Shown in pieces: positions 55,823 to 63,719 of a stretch of 64,000 nt of DNA; the stretch's first letter is position 1; each line of letters opens with the position of its first letter. A program made the position numbers and the translations under genes. The stretch covers positions 140,566 to 204,565 of the forward strand of contig CAVQLA010000014.1 of assembly GCA_963713285.1 (NCBI GenBank), given 5' to 3'. Below the pieces are notes generated by a model, which did not search any database, was not told the DNA's origin, and saw only the letters and a program-made list of their open reading frames with translations. This DNA comes from an uncultured Chloroflexia bacterium. Its GTDB lineage: Bacteria; Chloroflexota; Limnocylindria; Limnocylindrales; CSP1-4.

Positions 55823-57136
55823 TCAGGCCGGGATCCAGAACCAGAACCGGGCGCCGCCCCCCTGGCGATCCTCGTAGCCGATGGTCCCGCCGTGTGCGTG
55901 GACGGCGGCCGCCGCGGTGGCCAGGCCCAGCCCGGAGCCGGGCGACCCGGCCGGCCGCGCCCTGGCGAACGGCTCGAACAGCGACGAGCGGAAGTCCGGT
56001 GAGACGCCCGGCCCTCGGTCGAGCACCTCCACGCGAAGGACACGCGTCGCCTCGCGGAGGCCGAGCTCGGCAGTCAGCTCGACGGCAGACTCCGCCGGCG
56101 CGAAGCGCGCGGCGTTGGCGAGCAGGTTGGCGATCGCCTGGACCAGGCGCGATGGATCGACGTGGACCAGGACGTCGGGAGCCGTGACCTCGATTGCCAC
56201 GTTGCGGGCCGAGGCGGACGCGGTCACGAGCTCCACGCCGCCCTGGATCAGCTGCGGCAGGCGCACGTCCTCGCAATCGAGCCGTCGCCCGTCCGGCTCG
56301 GCGGCCGCCAGGCGCAGGAGGCCGTTGGCGAGCTCACTCAGGCGGACCGCGTCCGCGTGAGCGGCCTCGACTGCTGCCCGCAGGGCCGGCCCATCGGCTG
56401 GATGGCGCAGCGCGAGCTCGAGCTCGGTCCGGAGTGCCGCCAGCGGCGTCCGGAGATCGTGCGAGGCGCCGACGACGAACGCGCGCTGGCGCCGGACGGA
56501 TGCCTCGACTCGCGCGAGCATCCGGTTCAGGGTCCGGGCGAGCGCTCCCAGCTCGTCGTCGCCCTCGACCCCGACCAGCCGGCGGTCGAGCTCGCTGCTC
56601 CCGATCGCGTCGGCCTCGCGAGCGAGGCGCGAGACGGGAGCAAGGGCCCGCCCGACCAGCCACCAGCCCCCGAGCACGGAGAGGACGACCAGCGCGCCGC
56701 CGGCGACGGCCATCGTCTCCGCGAGGCTGCGGAGGTTCCGATCGATCTCTGCGAGGGTGCTGCCGGCGACCACGGTCCGGCCGTCCGGTGCCGGCACCGC
56801 GTAGACGGCGTCGCTCGCCCCGTCCCGGACCTGGAGCGTGGAGAGGCCCGGCGAGGGCGGCGCCACGGCCGGTGCGCCGGCGGTCGCGTGGACCAGGCTG
56901 CCAGAGGGGTCCAGGATCACGATGTAGATGCCGCGCGGAAGCGTGCCCGGATCAGGTTGACCCTTGGGGTCGACCTCCAGGAGGTCGACCGTTGCCATCG
57001 CGGTCGCCTGGAGGACCTCGTCGAGGCCGCGCCGGAGGGCGGCCCCGTAGAGCAGCCAGAAGACGACGGCCACGACCAGCAGCGTCGCCGTGAAGGCGAG
57101 GGCATTCCAGGCCGTGAGGCGGAGCCGAAGCGTCAC
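55823..57136 (-). CDS. Sensor histidine kinase (HisKA + HATPase_c) with periplasmic sensor domain
   Basis: Two TM helices flank a ~130-aa extracytoplasmic domain. H-box VGASHDLRTPLAAL. N/G boxes LANAARFAP...LDRGPGV...GSGLGLA. Start overlaps the RR stop. Confidence 0.85.
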   Translation of the reverse strand: MTLRLRLTAWNALAFTATLLVVAVVFWLLYGAALRRGLDEVLQATAMATVDLLEVDPKGQPDPGTLPRGIYIVILDPSGSLVHATAGAPAVAPPSPGLSTLQVRDGASDAVYAVPAPDGRTVVAGSTLAEIDRNLRSLAETMAVAGGALVVLSVLGGWWLVGRALAPVSRLAREADAIGSSELDRRLVGVEGDDELGALARTLNRMLARVEASVRRQRAFVVGASHDLRTPLAALRTELELALRHPADGPALRAAVEAAHADAVRLSELANGLLRLAAAEPDGRRLDCEDVRLPQLIQGGVELVTASASARNVAIEVTAPDVLVHVDPSRLVQAIANLLANAARFAPAESAVELTAELGLREATRVLRVEVLDRGPGVSPDFRSSLFEPFARARPAGSPGSGLGLATAAAAVHAHGGTIGYEDRQGGGARFWFWIPA

Positions 57137-57891
57137 GGTTGATCCGCCGCCCTCGCCCGGCGCGCGCGGCGGCCGCGCCTCTTCAGCGGCGTGCGCGGCG
57201 GACGCGCCGCGGCGGCCCCGTCGACCACCCGGAGGACATAGCCGACGCCCCGGGCGGTTTCGATCCGGGGCGCGGAGGGGTGCGGTGCCAGCTTGGTCCG
57301 CAGGTACCGGACGTACACGTCGACGACGTTCGAGGTCCCGTCATACGCCCAGTCCCAGACGCGCTCGATGATCTCGGTCCGCGTCAGCACGTCCCCCGCG
57401 CGGCGGACGAAGAGCTCCAGGAGCGCGTACTCGCGCGGGGACAGGCCCAGGGGCACACCGTCGACCTCGACGGCCCGGGTGGCTGGATCGATGGTGAGCG
57501 TGCCGGCCACCAGGATCGTGGGGCGCTCCGGCGCGCCCCGCCGGGCCAGCGCCCGCAGCCGCGCGCTCAGCTCCGCGAACGCGAACGGCTTCACGAGGTA
57601 GTCGTCGGCCCCGACGTCGAGCCCGCGCACGCGATCGCTCACGGCGTCCCGGGCGGTGAGCATGAGGACGGGTGTCCAGACCCCCGCGCGACGGATCTCG
57701 CCGCACAGGTCGAAGCCGTCCCCGTCGGGGAGCATCACGTCCAGGACGAGGACGTCGTAGGGGTTCTCGGTCGCCAGCCATCGTCCGTCCTCGACCCGCG
57801 CAGCCACGTCGACCGCGTGCCCCTCCGCCCGCAGGCCTCGCTGGAGCAGCCCCGCGAGTCGGATGTCGTCTTCGAGCAGCAGCAGGCGCAT
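57133..57891 (-). CDS. OmpR-family response regulator
   Basis: MRLLLLEDDIRLAGLL...VLVLDVMLPDGDGFDL...LTARDAVSDRVRGLDVGADDYLVKPF, and winged helix ...LSPREYALLELF...GVGYVL. Confidence 0.9.
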   Translation of the reverse strand: MRLLLLEDDIRLAGLLQRGLRAEGHAVDVAARVEDGRWLATENPYDVLVLDVMLPDGDGFDLCGEIRRAGVWTPVLMLTARDAVSDRVRGLDVGADDYLVKPFAFAELSARLRALARRGAPERPTILVAGTLTIDPATRAVEVDGVPLGLSPREYALLELFVRRAGDVLTRTEIIERVWDWAYDGTSNVVDVYVRYLRTKLAPHPSAPRIETARGVGYVLRVVDGAAAARPPRTPLKRRGRRARRARAADQP

Positions 57892-58255
57892 GGCCGAACC
57901 CCCGGCGCTATGGTGCGCCCCGGACGGCAAACGGGTTGTCCGCGACGGGTGAGGTTCTTGAGCCAGGGGCACGAGGTGGCAGCGCCCGCGGACCGTCCTC
58001 TCATGCGGAGGCCCCCGGCGGTCCTCCGTCGCCGCGCTCCCCCCCCAGTTGCGGAGCGGGCGACAGAGTTGCGCCGGGGGCCGTGGGGTGCGGCCCCGGT
58101 TCCCGGGTACCGGCCCGGAGGAGAGCCGGGTGGCGGAGCCAGTGGCCGCGTTGAATGCCCCGGACGGACCATGCCGCACCGTTGATTAAAGAACCATGAG
58201 AGCGAGAACGCGGACGGCCCCCCGGGGTGCAGCTTCCCGATGCCGGGGGTCGGGA

Positions 58256-58567
58256 TCAGGCGCGGCGGGATCCAGCGCCAGCCCTGCCCCGAACCGGGTG
58301 CAACATCGCCACCTTGCAGACGACGGTCAGGCCGCCCCCGTCCGAGACGAGGGCCACTCTGCCGATGCTCCCGTCTGGAAGGAGGCATCGGACGTCCGTC
58401 TTCGACTGGATGTCGGCGATGGTCGCCCGGGCGAGCGCTCGATCCCGGTGCACCCACGCGGCGGAGCGGCCCTCTGCGCTCGGCGGAAGCTCCTCCGGCT
58501 CGCGATGCTTCGCTGGCGACGCCCGCCGGCCGGCCAGGTACATCCACACGACAGCAGCCAGACTCAT
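58256..58567 (-). CDS. Hypothetical small protein, paralogue A (conserved C-x-LPDG-x-IGR...GG..T.VC.VA motif)
   Basis: ...DVRCLLPDGSIGRVALVSDGGGLTVVCKVA... No family recognised. Coding is inferred from paralogy with the 58638 gene. Confidence 0.4.
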   Translation of the reverse strand: MSLAAVVWMYLAGRRASPAKHREPEELPPSAEGRSAAWVHRDRALARATIADIQSKTDVRCLLPDGSIGRVALVSDGGGLTVVCKVAMLHPVRGRAGAGSRRA

Positions 58568-58637
58568 GTGCGGGACCTCCCGTGCACCGTCAGCGGGTAG
58601 GACCGACGAGCGTGATCGCCGGCAGGCACGGCCATGG

Positions 58638-58910
58638 TTACGCGACCCGGCAGACCAGGGTCCACTCGCCTCCGTTCAGGACGACCGCTGTCCGACCGAT
58701 CCGCCCGTCAGGAAGTCGACATGGGTAGCTCGCATGCCGGTTCCGCCCCACGATCCGCATCGTCGCGGCGAGGAGCCTCGTCCGGATCGCCGGCCGCTCG
58801 GCCTGCGTCTCGCGCAGGGCGCGATGGTGAGCGTGGCGCCGCTCTTCGCCGCGGTGGCGGTCTTCCTCGAAGGTGTCGGCGAGATGGTGCAGAAGCATGG
58901 TAACCCCCAA
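58638..58910 (-). CDS. Hypothetical small protein, paralogue B
   Basis: ...ASYPCRLPDGRIGRTAVVLNGGEWTLVCRVA* shares a roughly 30-aa C-terminal motif with the 58256 gene. Confidence 0.4.
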   Translation of the reverse strand: MGVTMLLHHLADTFEEDRHRGEERRHAHHRALRETQAERPAIRTRLLAATMRIVGRNRHASYPCRLPDGRIGRTAVVLNGGEWTLVCRVA

Positions 58911-59098
58911 TCCCCCCGGCGCGGCTCGCCTGGTTCGCGGGACGGCAGACCAGGGAGGATCGCCTCAGGGTCGCCCGCGCATCGTTGGAGGACGATGAGA
59001 AGGGTCGGACGAGGCCCCTACGCCGCCAGGGGAGCAGGGCGCCCGGGTGACCCGAGGTTGGGCGTTCAGGTGGCCCCGGTGACGACCCCCGGGTGCCT

Positions 59099-59290
59099 GC
59101 TGGAGCAGCTCGACCGCGTCGGTCAGGCCCCACGTGGCGACGATGGCCTGCATCGTGCCGTCGGCGTACATCGCGTCGATGGCCTCGGCGACGGTGTCCT
59201 TCGTGCCCGCGTCGCCCTTGCGGATGGCGATCCCGAGGGGCTGCGGGTCGAGCGCCGGTCGGACCGCCCGGAGCCCGGCACCCGCCGGAA
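59099..59290 (-). pseudogene. Gene fragment: C-terminal piece of a polar-amino-acid ABC transporter substrate-binding protein (family 3 SBP)
   Basis: ...LRAVRPALDPQPLGIAIRKGDAGTKDTVAEAIDAMYADGTMQAIVATWGL... matches SBP_bac_3 C-termini (GIAVRKGD...ADGT...I..KWGL). There is no N-terminal domain, signal peptide or partner ABC genes. Embedded in an otherwise junk ORF. Confidence 0.5.
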
Positions 59291-59406
59291 CCGACGCGCG
59301 GTCGAGCGGCTCAGGGGCGCCCGGCCCGGCGTCGCGTAGGATTCGGCGGGGATCCGCGCCGCTGCGATCCCCGCCGTCACCAGCCGCCTCAGGAAGGTCG
59401 CACCCG

Positions 59407-60264
59407 ATGATCCGCGAGGGAGCCGAGCGCTCGCTGCTGCTCGTCACGGTCTCGTTCGCCATCGCCGTGGTGGGCACCCGCTGGTTCCTCCAGGCGACCG
59501 GCTACCCGCAGGTCGGGGGCGGCGAGCTGCACGTCGCTCACATGCTCTGGGGCGGCCTGGCGCTCGTGATCGCGGCCCTGCTCGGCCTCGTCGTCAGCGC
59601 GTCGTGGGTGCCGCCGGTCACCGCGATCCTCGCGGGCGCGGGCACCGGGCTGTTCATCGACGAGGTGGGCAAGTTCATCACCGCCTCCAACGACTACTTC
59701 TATCCTCTCGCCGCGCCGCTCATCTACGGGCTCCTGCTGGCGTTCGCGCTGGTCTTCCTCCTCGTCCGCCACCGGCGCGGGGGAGCGCCTGCCGTCGGAC
59801 GGCCGGCACGCGTGTCCGCGTGGGAGGAGGCCCACCTGTCCCGGCGACGGTATCGACGCCTGCTGGTGGCGCTGCTCCTGGTGGTCGGGCTTGCATGGCT
59901 GGCGTCCCTCGTGCTCTTCGTCGCGCTCGACGCCGCGACCCTTCGTGACCTGATCGAGTCCATCGCCAGGGTCCCGGGCGACCGGGTGGAACGGCCGACG
60001 GAGCCGGCGTTCTACCTCCTCGAGGCGGCCGTTCTCGGGGTCGGCGGGTTGCTGCTGGTGACGGCTGCCGTCGTCCTGGCGCGCGGGCGCGAAGCCCTCG
60101 GTGTCGCCATCGCCACGGTCGGGCTCGTCATCGCCCTCACGGCCGGTGCCCTCTTGAGCCTCTACGTGGAGCAGGTGTCCGCCATCGGCTCCACGATCGG
60201 GCATGCCCTGCTGCTGTTCGCCGTCGTCCACTACCGCAACCGGTTCCTCGCGGGCGAGCGGTGA
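59407..60264 (+). CDS. Hypothetical integral membrane protein (~8 TM)
   Basis: ATG 59407 preceded by AGGAAGG. Continuous hydrophobic helices. Family not recognised. Confidence 0.6.
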   Translation: MIREGAERSLLLVTVSFAIAVVGTRWFLQATGYPQVGGGELHVAHMLWGGLALVIAALLGLVVSASWVPPVTAILAGAGTGLFIDEVGKFITASNDYFYPLAAPLIYGLLLAFALVFLLVRHRRGGAPAVGRPARVSAWEEAHLSRRRYRRLLVALLLVVGLAWLASLVLFVALDAATLRDLIESIARVPGDRVERPTEPAFYLLEAAVLGVGGLLLVTAAVVLARGREALGVAIATVGLVIALTAGALLSLYVEQVSAIGSTIGHALLLFAVVHYRNRFLAGER

Positions 60265-61033
60265 AGGCACCGATGATGGTGCGGTTCGTGAGCACGAAGA
60301 GGGTCTCGACCCGGTGGATGGCAGTGGGTTCGGCGACACCCGAGGATGCGGCGACGACGAGGCCGGAGATTGGATCGTAGGCCCAGGGCCTCGCGTAGGG
60401 CGGAGCAAGCCCCTTCTCGGTCCACGTGTCGGCCTGGAGGTCGTAGGCCCACACCTTCCCGGTGCTCCGGTTGACGGCGATCGTCACCTGTGAGTCGATG
60501 TCGTAGACCGGCCGGTCCCAGCCATTCATGCCATCCGGTTCCCGGTCGGGATGCATGCGCGTCCAGGTGTTCGTGCAGACGTCGAACGTCCACGTCTCGA
60601 CGGCGTCGTCGACGCCCACGAGGGCAACCAGCCTGCCCGCACGGCGGTCGAACGCCATCGACAAGTCAGGAACCCCCAACGGCCGGGCCTGGTCGGCCGG
60701 CCCGGGCTTGTCGGGGTCCGTCCCGGGCGGACATTCGAACACCTCGCCGACGGGCGGCACCACGGCCGGGAGCTTCGGCTCCCCCTGCGAGCCGACGAAC
60801 AGCATCCCGCCGACCAGCGCGGCCAGCAGGCCCGCCAACAGGAGCAGCGCCCAGGCAGCCCGTGGGATCGCGATCCCGCGCCACCCGACGACGGCCGCGA
60901 ACCCGTGGCGGCGGGGCTCTCCTTCGGCGATTCGGTGGGCCAGGCTTGCCGGGTCAAGCTCGGACGAGACGCTCCCGACGTAGCCGCGGATCGCGGCGTG
61001 GAGGCGGGCTTCGAAGGCGTCGCGCTCAGTCAT
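60137..61033 (-). CDS. Membrane anti-sigma factor, paralogue of the 29488-30858 gene (shorter beta-propeller-like ectodomain; C-terminus uncertain)
   Basis: N-terminus MTERDAFEARLHAAIRGYVG... and a TM segment parallel the first anti-sigma. Shared ectodomain motifs (PPGTDPD.PGPA.Q.RP, MAFDRRAGR.V, TWTFDVCTNTW). The last ~40 aa are Arg-rich and overlap the convergent membrane-protein gene. Confidence 0.55.
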   Translation of the reverse strand: MTERDAFEARLHAAIRGYVGSVSSELDPASLAHRIAEGEPRRHGFAAVVGWRGIAIPRAAWALLLLAGLLAALVGGMLFVGSQGEPKLPAVVPPVGEVFECPPGTDPDKPGPADQARPLGVPDLSMAFDRRAGRLVALVGVDDAVETWTFDVCTNTWTRMHPDREPDGMNGWDRPVYDIDSQVTIAVNRSTGKVWAYDLQADTWTEKGLAPPYARPWAYDPISGLVVAASSGVAEPTAIHRVETLFVLTNRTIIGAFTARPRGTGCGSGRRRTAAGHARSWSRWRTPAPRRGSRGHRP

Positions 61034-61568
61034 CGCCGAGCTCCTTCCGCAGCCGGTCGAGCAGCCGGGAGAGCCGTGTCCGCACGCCCGACGGGGAGAT
61101 GCCGAGGACCGGGCCCAGCTCGGTCGAGTCCAGGTCCGCCGCGTAGCGGAGGGCGACGAGCGCCCGGTCCTCCGGCTTCAGGTGGCGCAGGGCGTTGGCG
61201 AGGTCGACGTGGTCGATCCCGACGGTGGGGTCGGTCCCCGGGGATGGGTCGGCCGCGACCTTGAGCTCCACGACCCCGTGCCGCTGCTCCCGCTTGAGGA
61301 ACTTGCGCGCCTCGTTGGCGGCGACCGCGACGAGCCAGGGTCGAAGGCGCTCCGGGTCACGCAGCGAGGGGAGCTTCCGCCAGGCGATCCACCAGGCCGC
61401 CTGGGCGGCGTCCTCAGCCAGGCTCTCGTCGCCGCAGATGACGTAGGCGACCCGGACCAGGTCGAGGTGGTAGGCACCGACGATCCGGGCGAAGGCGAGC
61501 TCATCGCCCGCGATGGCGCGCTCCACCGTGGTGGCGATCGCGGCGCTGTCGAGGGCGAGGCTCGTCAT
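61026..61568 (-). CDS. ECF-type RNA polymerase sigma factor, paralogue of the 30851-31396 gene
   Basis: MTSLALDSAAIATTVERAIAGDELAFARIVGAYHLDLVRVAYVICGDESLAEDAAQAAWWIAWRKL...LRHLKPEDRALVALRYAADLDSTEL. ATG at 61566-61568. Overlaps the anti-sigma start by 8 nt. Confidence 0.85.
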   Translation of the reverse strand: MTSLALDSAAIATTVERAIAGDELAFARIVGAYHLDLVRVAYVICGDESLAEDAAQAAWWIAWRKLPSLRDPERLRPWLVAVAANEARKFLKREQRHGVVELKVAADPSPGTDPTVGIDHVDLANALRHLKPEDRALVALRYAADLDSTELGPVLGISPSGVRTRLSRLLDRLRKELGDD

Positions 61569-61639
61569 GACATAGAGATACCGGCAGGGCGCCCAGGTGT
61601 CCCATCGTGCTTCGGGGCGGGCCCGGGCGCCAGTGCCGT

Positions 61640-61941
61640 TGGGCCGGCATCTCTGCGACGTCGTGTTGCAGGTCTGGCCCTCGGGCGACCAAGCATCGGC
61701 TCCCATGCTCGTGGAACCGAGCGGCCGTCGAGCGACATCGACCTGCTGGTCATCGGCCGCGTCGATCGGACGGCCCTCTCGGAGCGGCTCGTCGAGGGTG
61801 GAGCAGGAGCTGGGACGCGACGTGAACGTGGTCGCGTACACGCGGGGGGAGCTCGCCGACCTCGTGTCGGCCGGCGACCCGTTCATCTCGGACGTGCTGG
61901 CGGGCCCGCGCACGCGCGTCACCGTCGCAGAGGATCGCTGA
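61640..61941 (+). pseudogene. Degraded nucleotidyltransferase gene (MNT/Pol-beta superfamily, antitoxin-like), frameshifted near 61796, no canonical start found
   Basis: Frame 0 reads ...LGRPSIGSHARGTERPSSDIDLLVIGRVDRTALSERLVE. After a +1 shift at the GGG run (61796-61798) it continues VEQELGRDVNVVAYTRGELADLVSAGDPFISDVLAGPRTRVTVAEDR*. Together these match the GSxARG...SD(I/V)DLLV nucleotidyltransferase fold. Confidence 0.4.
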
Positions 61942-62184
61942 TGCGTTGCCGGGACCTCGAGGAGCTCGTGGCGCTGGGCCAGCTGGAGAGGAAGCCGCCG
62001 GATCCGCAGCGTGTCCACGCAATACCCCATTTCGGCGAGCCGGAGCGGAGCGCCCGGTGCGGGCACACGCACCTCCGCGGTCCTCCCGCCGAGCTGCGGC
62101 GTGTCACACTCGCGGCGGCGGAACGTTCACGGAGGGCCACGTGCGCAGAGTTCGACCGGCAGAGGAAGCGCGAGGTGATCGCCG

Positions 62185-62571
62185 GTGACGTTCGAGGCTG
62201 CGATGGAAGCCGTCGTGAGAGGCTTCGAGATCGCCGGGATCGCCATTCTCGCGGTCGGCTCGCTGCGTGCGGCGGTGGTGGCCGCGGCGGCGTTGATTCG
62301 CGGCGAGCGGGCGGGGGTGTACGAGCGGACCCGTGTCCAGGTGGGGCAGGCCATCCTCCTCGGCCTCGAGGTGTTGATCATCGCCGACATCGTCCAGACG
62401 GTGACGATCGACCCGACCATCGAGAGCGCCGCCACCCTCGGCATCATCGTGCTGGTTCGGACGTTCCTGAGCTTCTCGCTGGAGATCGAGCTCGAGGGCG
62501 TCGTGCCGTGGCGCCGACGCGACTCGCAACGCGAGAGCCGTCACGCCGAGAAGCCGGCCGCGTCGGTCTGA
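62185..62571 (+). CDS. DUF1622-family small membrane protein
   Basis: VTFEAAMEAVVRGFEIAGIAILAVGSL...LLGLEVLIIADIVQTV...IIVLVRTFLSFSLEIELEG matches the DUF1622 pattern. Start is GTG 62185 or ATG 62203. Confidence 0.7.
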   Translation: MTFEAAMEAVVRGFEIAGIAILAVGSLRAAVVAAAALIRGERAGVYERTRVQVGQAILLGLEVLIIADIVQTVTIDPTIESAATLGIIVLVRTFLSFSLEIELEGVVPWRRRDSQRESRHAEKPAASV

Positions 62572-62727
62572 CGCGGAGACGACGGACGAGTCGTCCCGTC
62601 CTCCGAGGAGGGTGGAGTGCCCGCCGGCGGCGGGTCCGGGGATCGCGTGATGCGCGCGGCAGTTGCCTTGATCACCCCCGTCGCAGCATGATGCTTGCGA
62701 TGGGGAATGCGATCGGAGGGTCCTCGA

Positions 62728-63246
62728 ATGGCTGATCACCAGGTGGTCCTGGGCATCTTCCCGAACGAGGCTGCCGCGGACGCGGCCGTCGAATCGCTCA
62801 AGAGCTGGGATCAGGCGACGGACGAGATCAAGCTCAGCGCGATCGGCGTCCTCGTCACCGATGAGCACGGCGATCTCAAGCAGCAGAAGCTGGGTGCGCG
62901 AAGCGGCAGGAAGGGCGCCGGCATCGGGCTCGTCCTGGCCGTGATCGCACCGCCGACGCTGCTCGCCGGGGTGGTCGGGGGCGGCATCCTCGGTCACTTC
63001 CACCACAAGGGGCTGGGCCTGCGCTTCGAGGACGAGGAGCGAATCGGCGCCGAGATCGTGGGTGGCAAGGCGGCCGTGGGCGTCCTCGCCACGGACGCCG
63101 AAGCGGGCGCCATCGCCGGCAAGCTCGCCGAGCTGGGCGGCGCCGTCGAGCTCTTCGAGGTCACCACGGAGGCGCTCGATGCTGTCGCGGACGCCGCGCA
63201 GGCGGAGCCCGAGGCCGCACCCGAGACCCCGACCGCCACGGACTGA
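62728..63246 (+). CDS. DUF1269-like membrane/stress protein (Gly-zipper region)
   Basis: ATG 62728 preceded by GGAGGG. MADHQVVLGIFPNEAAADAAVESLK...GAGIGLVLAVIAPPTLLAGVVGGGILGHFHHKGLG. Confidence 0.6.
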   Translation: MADHQVVLGIFPNEAAADAAVESLKSWDQATDEIKLSAIGVLVTDEHGDLKQQKLGARSGRKGAGIGLVLAVIAPPTLLAGVVGGGILGHFHHKGLGLRFEDEERIGAEIVGGKAAVGVLATDAEAGAIAGKLAELGGAVELFEVTTEALDAVADAAQAEPEAAPETPTATD

Positions 63247-63604
63247 TCGAAGCCAATCCACGGTCGACGGCGGCATCCTGCGGTTCGAGCGCTGTAGGCC
63301 AGGCTTCTGGGCGTCGCCCGGGAAGCATGCGTTTCGCGAGCATGGACCGGCCGGGGTGTGGCGCAGTGGTAGCGCACGTGCTTCGGGAGCCGCTGGGGCC
63401 TATGCGGCGTAGGGTCGGCAGTCCTGAGCACGAGTCGCCGAGCGGCGAAGGCACCGACTATCGTGCGGTTCGCGCGCTCCAACCGATCGCGATCCCACCG
63501 TCGGGCGGTGCGAACGGAGTCATGCTCTCTGGGTCCGGTGTCGCCTACCCGTGATCGTCGCCCGTCACGAGTGGCCGTCACTGACGACCGGCCGGCACGA
63601 CGAT

Positions 63605-63633
63605 GGGCGCCCCGAGCGTGGCTCGGGGCGCCC
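63605..63633. terminator. Strong GC hairpin (13-bp perfect stem GGGCGCCCCGAGC / GCTCGGGGCGCCC, loop GTG), candidate bidirectional terminator
   Basis: Read directly from the sequence. Lies between convergent genes (DUF1269-like + strand, ALDH - strand). No U-tract, which is common for high-GC Gram-positives. Confidence 0.5.
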
Positions 63634-63719
63634 AGACGGTCTCGGCCGGCGACCGCAGCGTGAGCCGCAGCGGCGGGCTTGGGGTTCCCGGCAGTCTCGG
63701 CCGCCGGGTTCCAGGGAGG

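Noticed and set aside
61941-62735. Long frame-0 ORF starting MRCRDLEELVALGQ... as a possible HEPN toxin partner of the MNT-like gene
   Set aside because: It has no R-x4-6-H motif in a plausible position. It has Arg-rich composition. It fully overlaps the well-supported DUF1622 gene in another frame.
63353-63430. Full tRNA gene
   Set aside because: After the D-arm the sequence cannot form anticodon or T arms. Only a 5' fragment is tRNA-like, so it is reported only as a possible relic.
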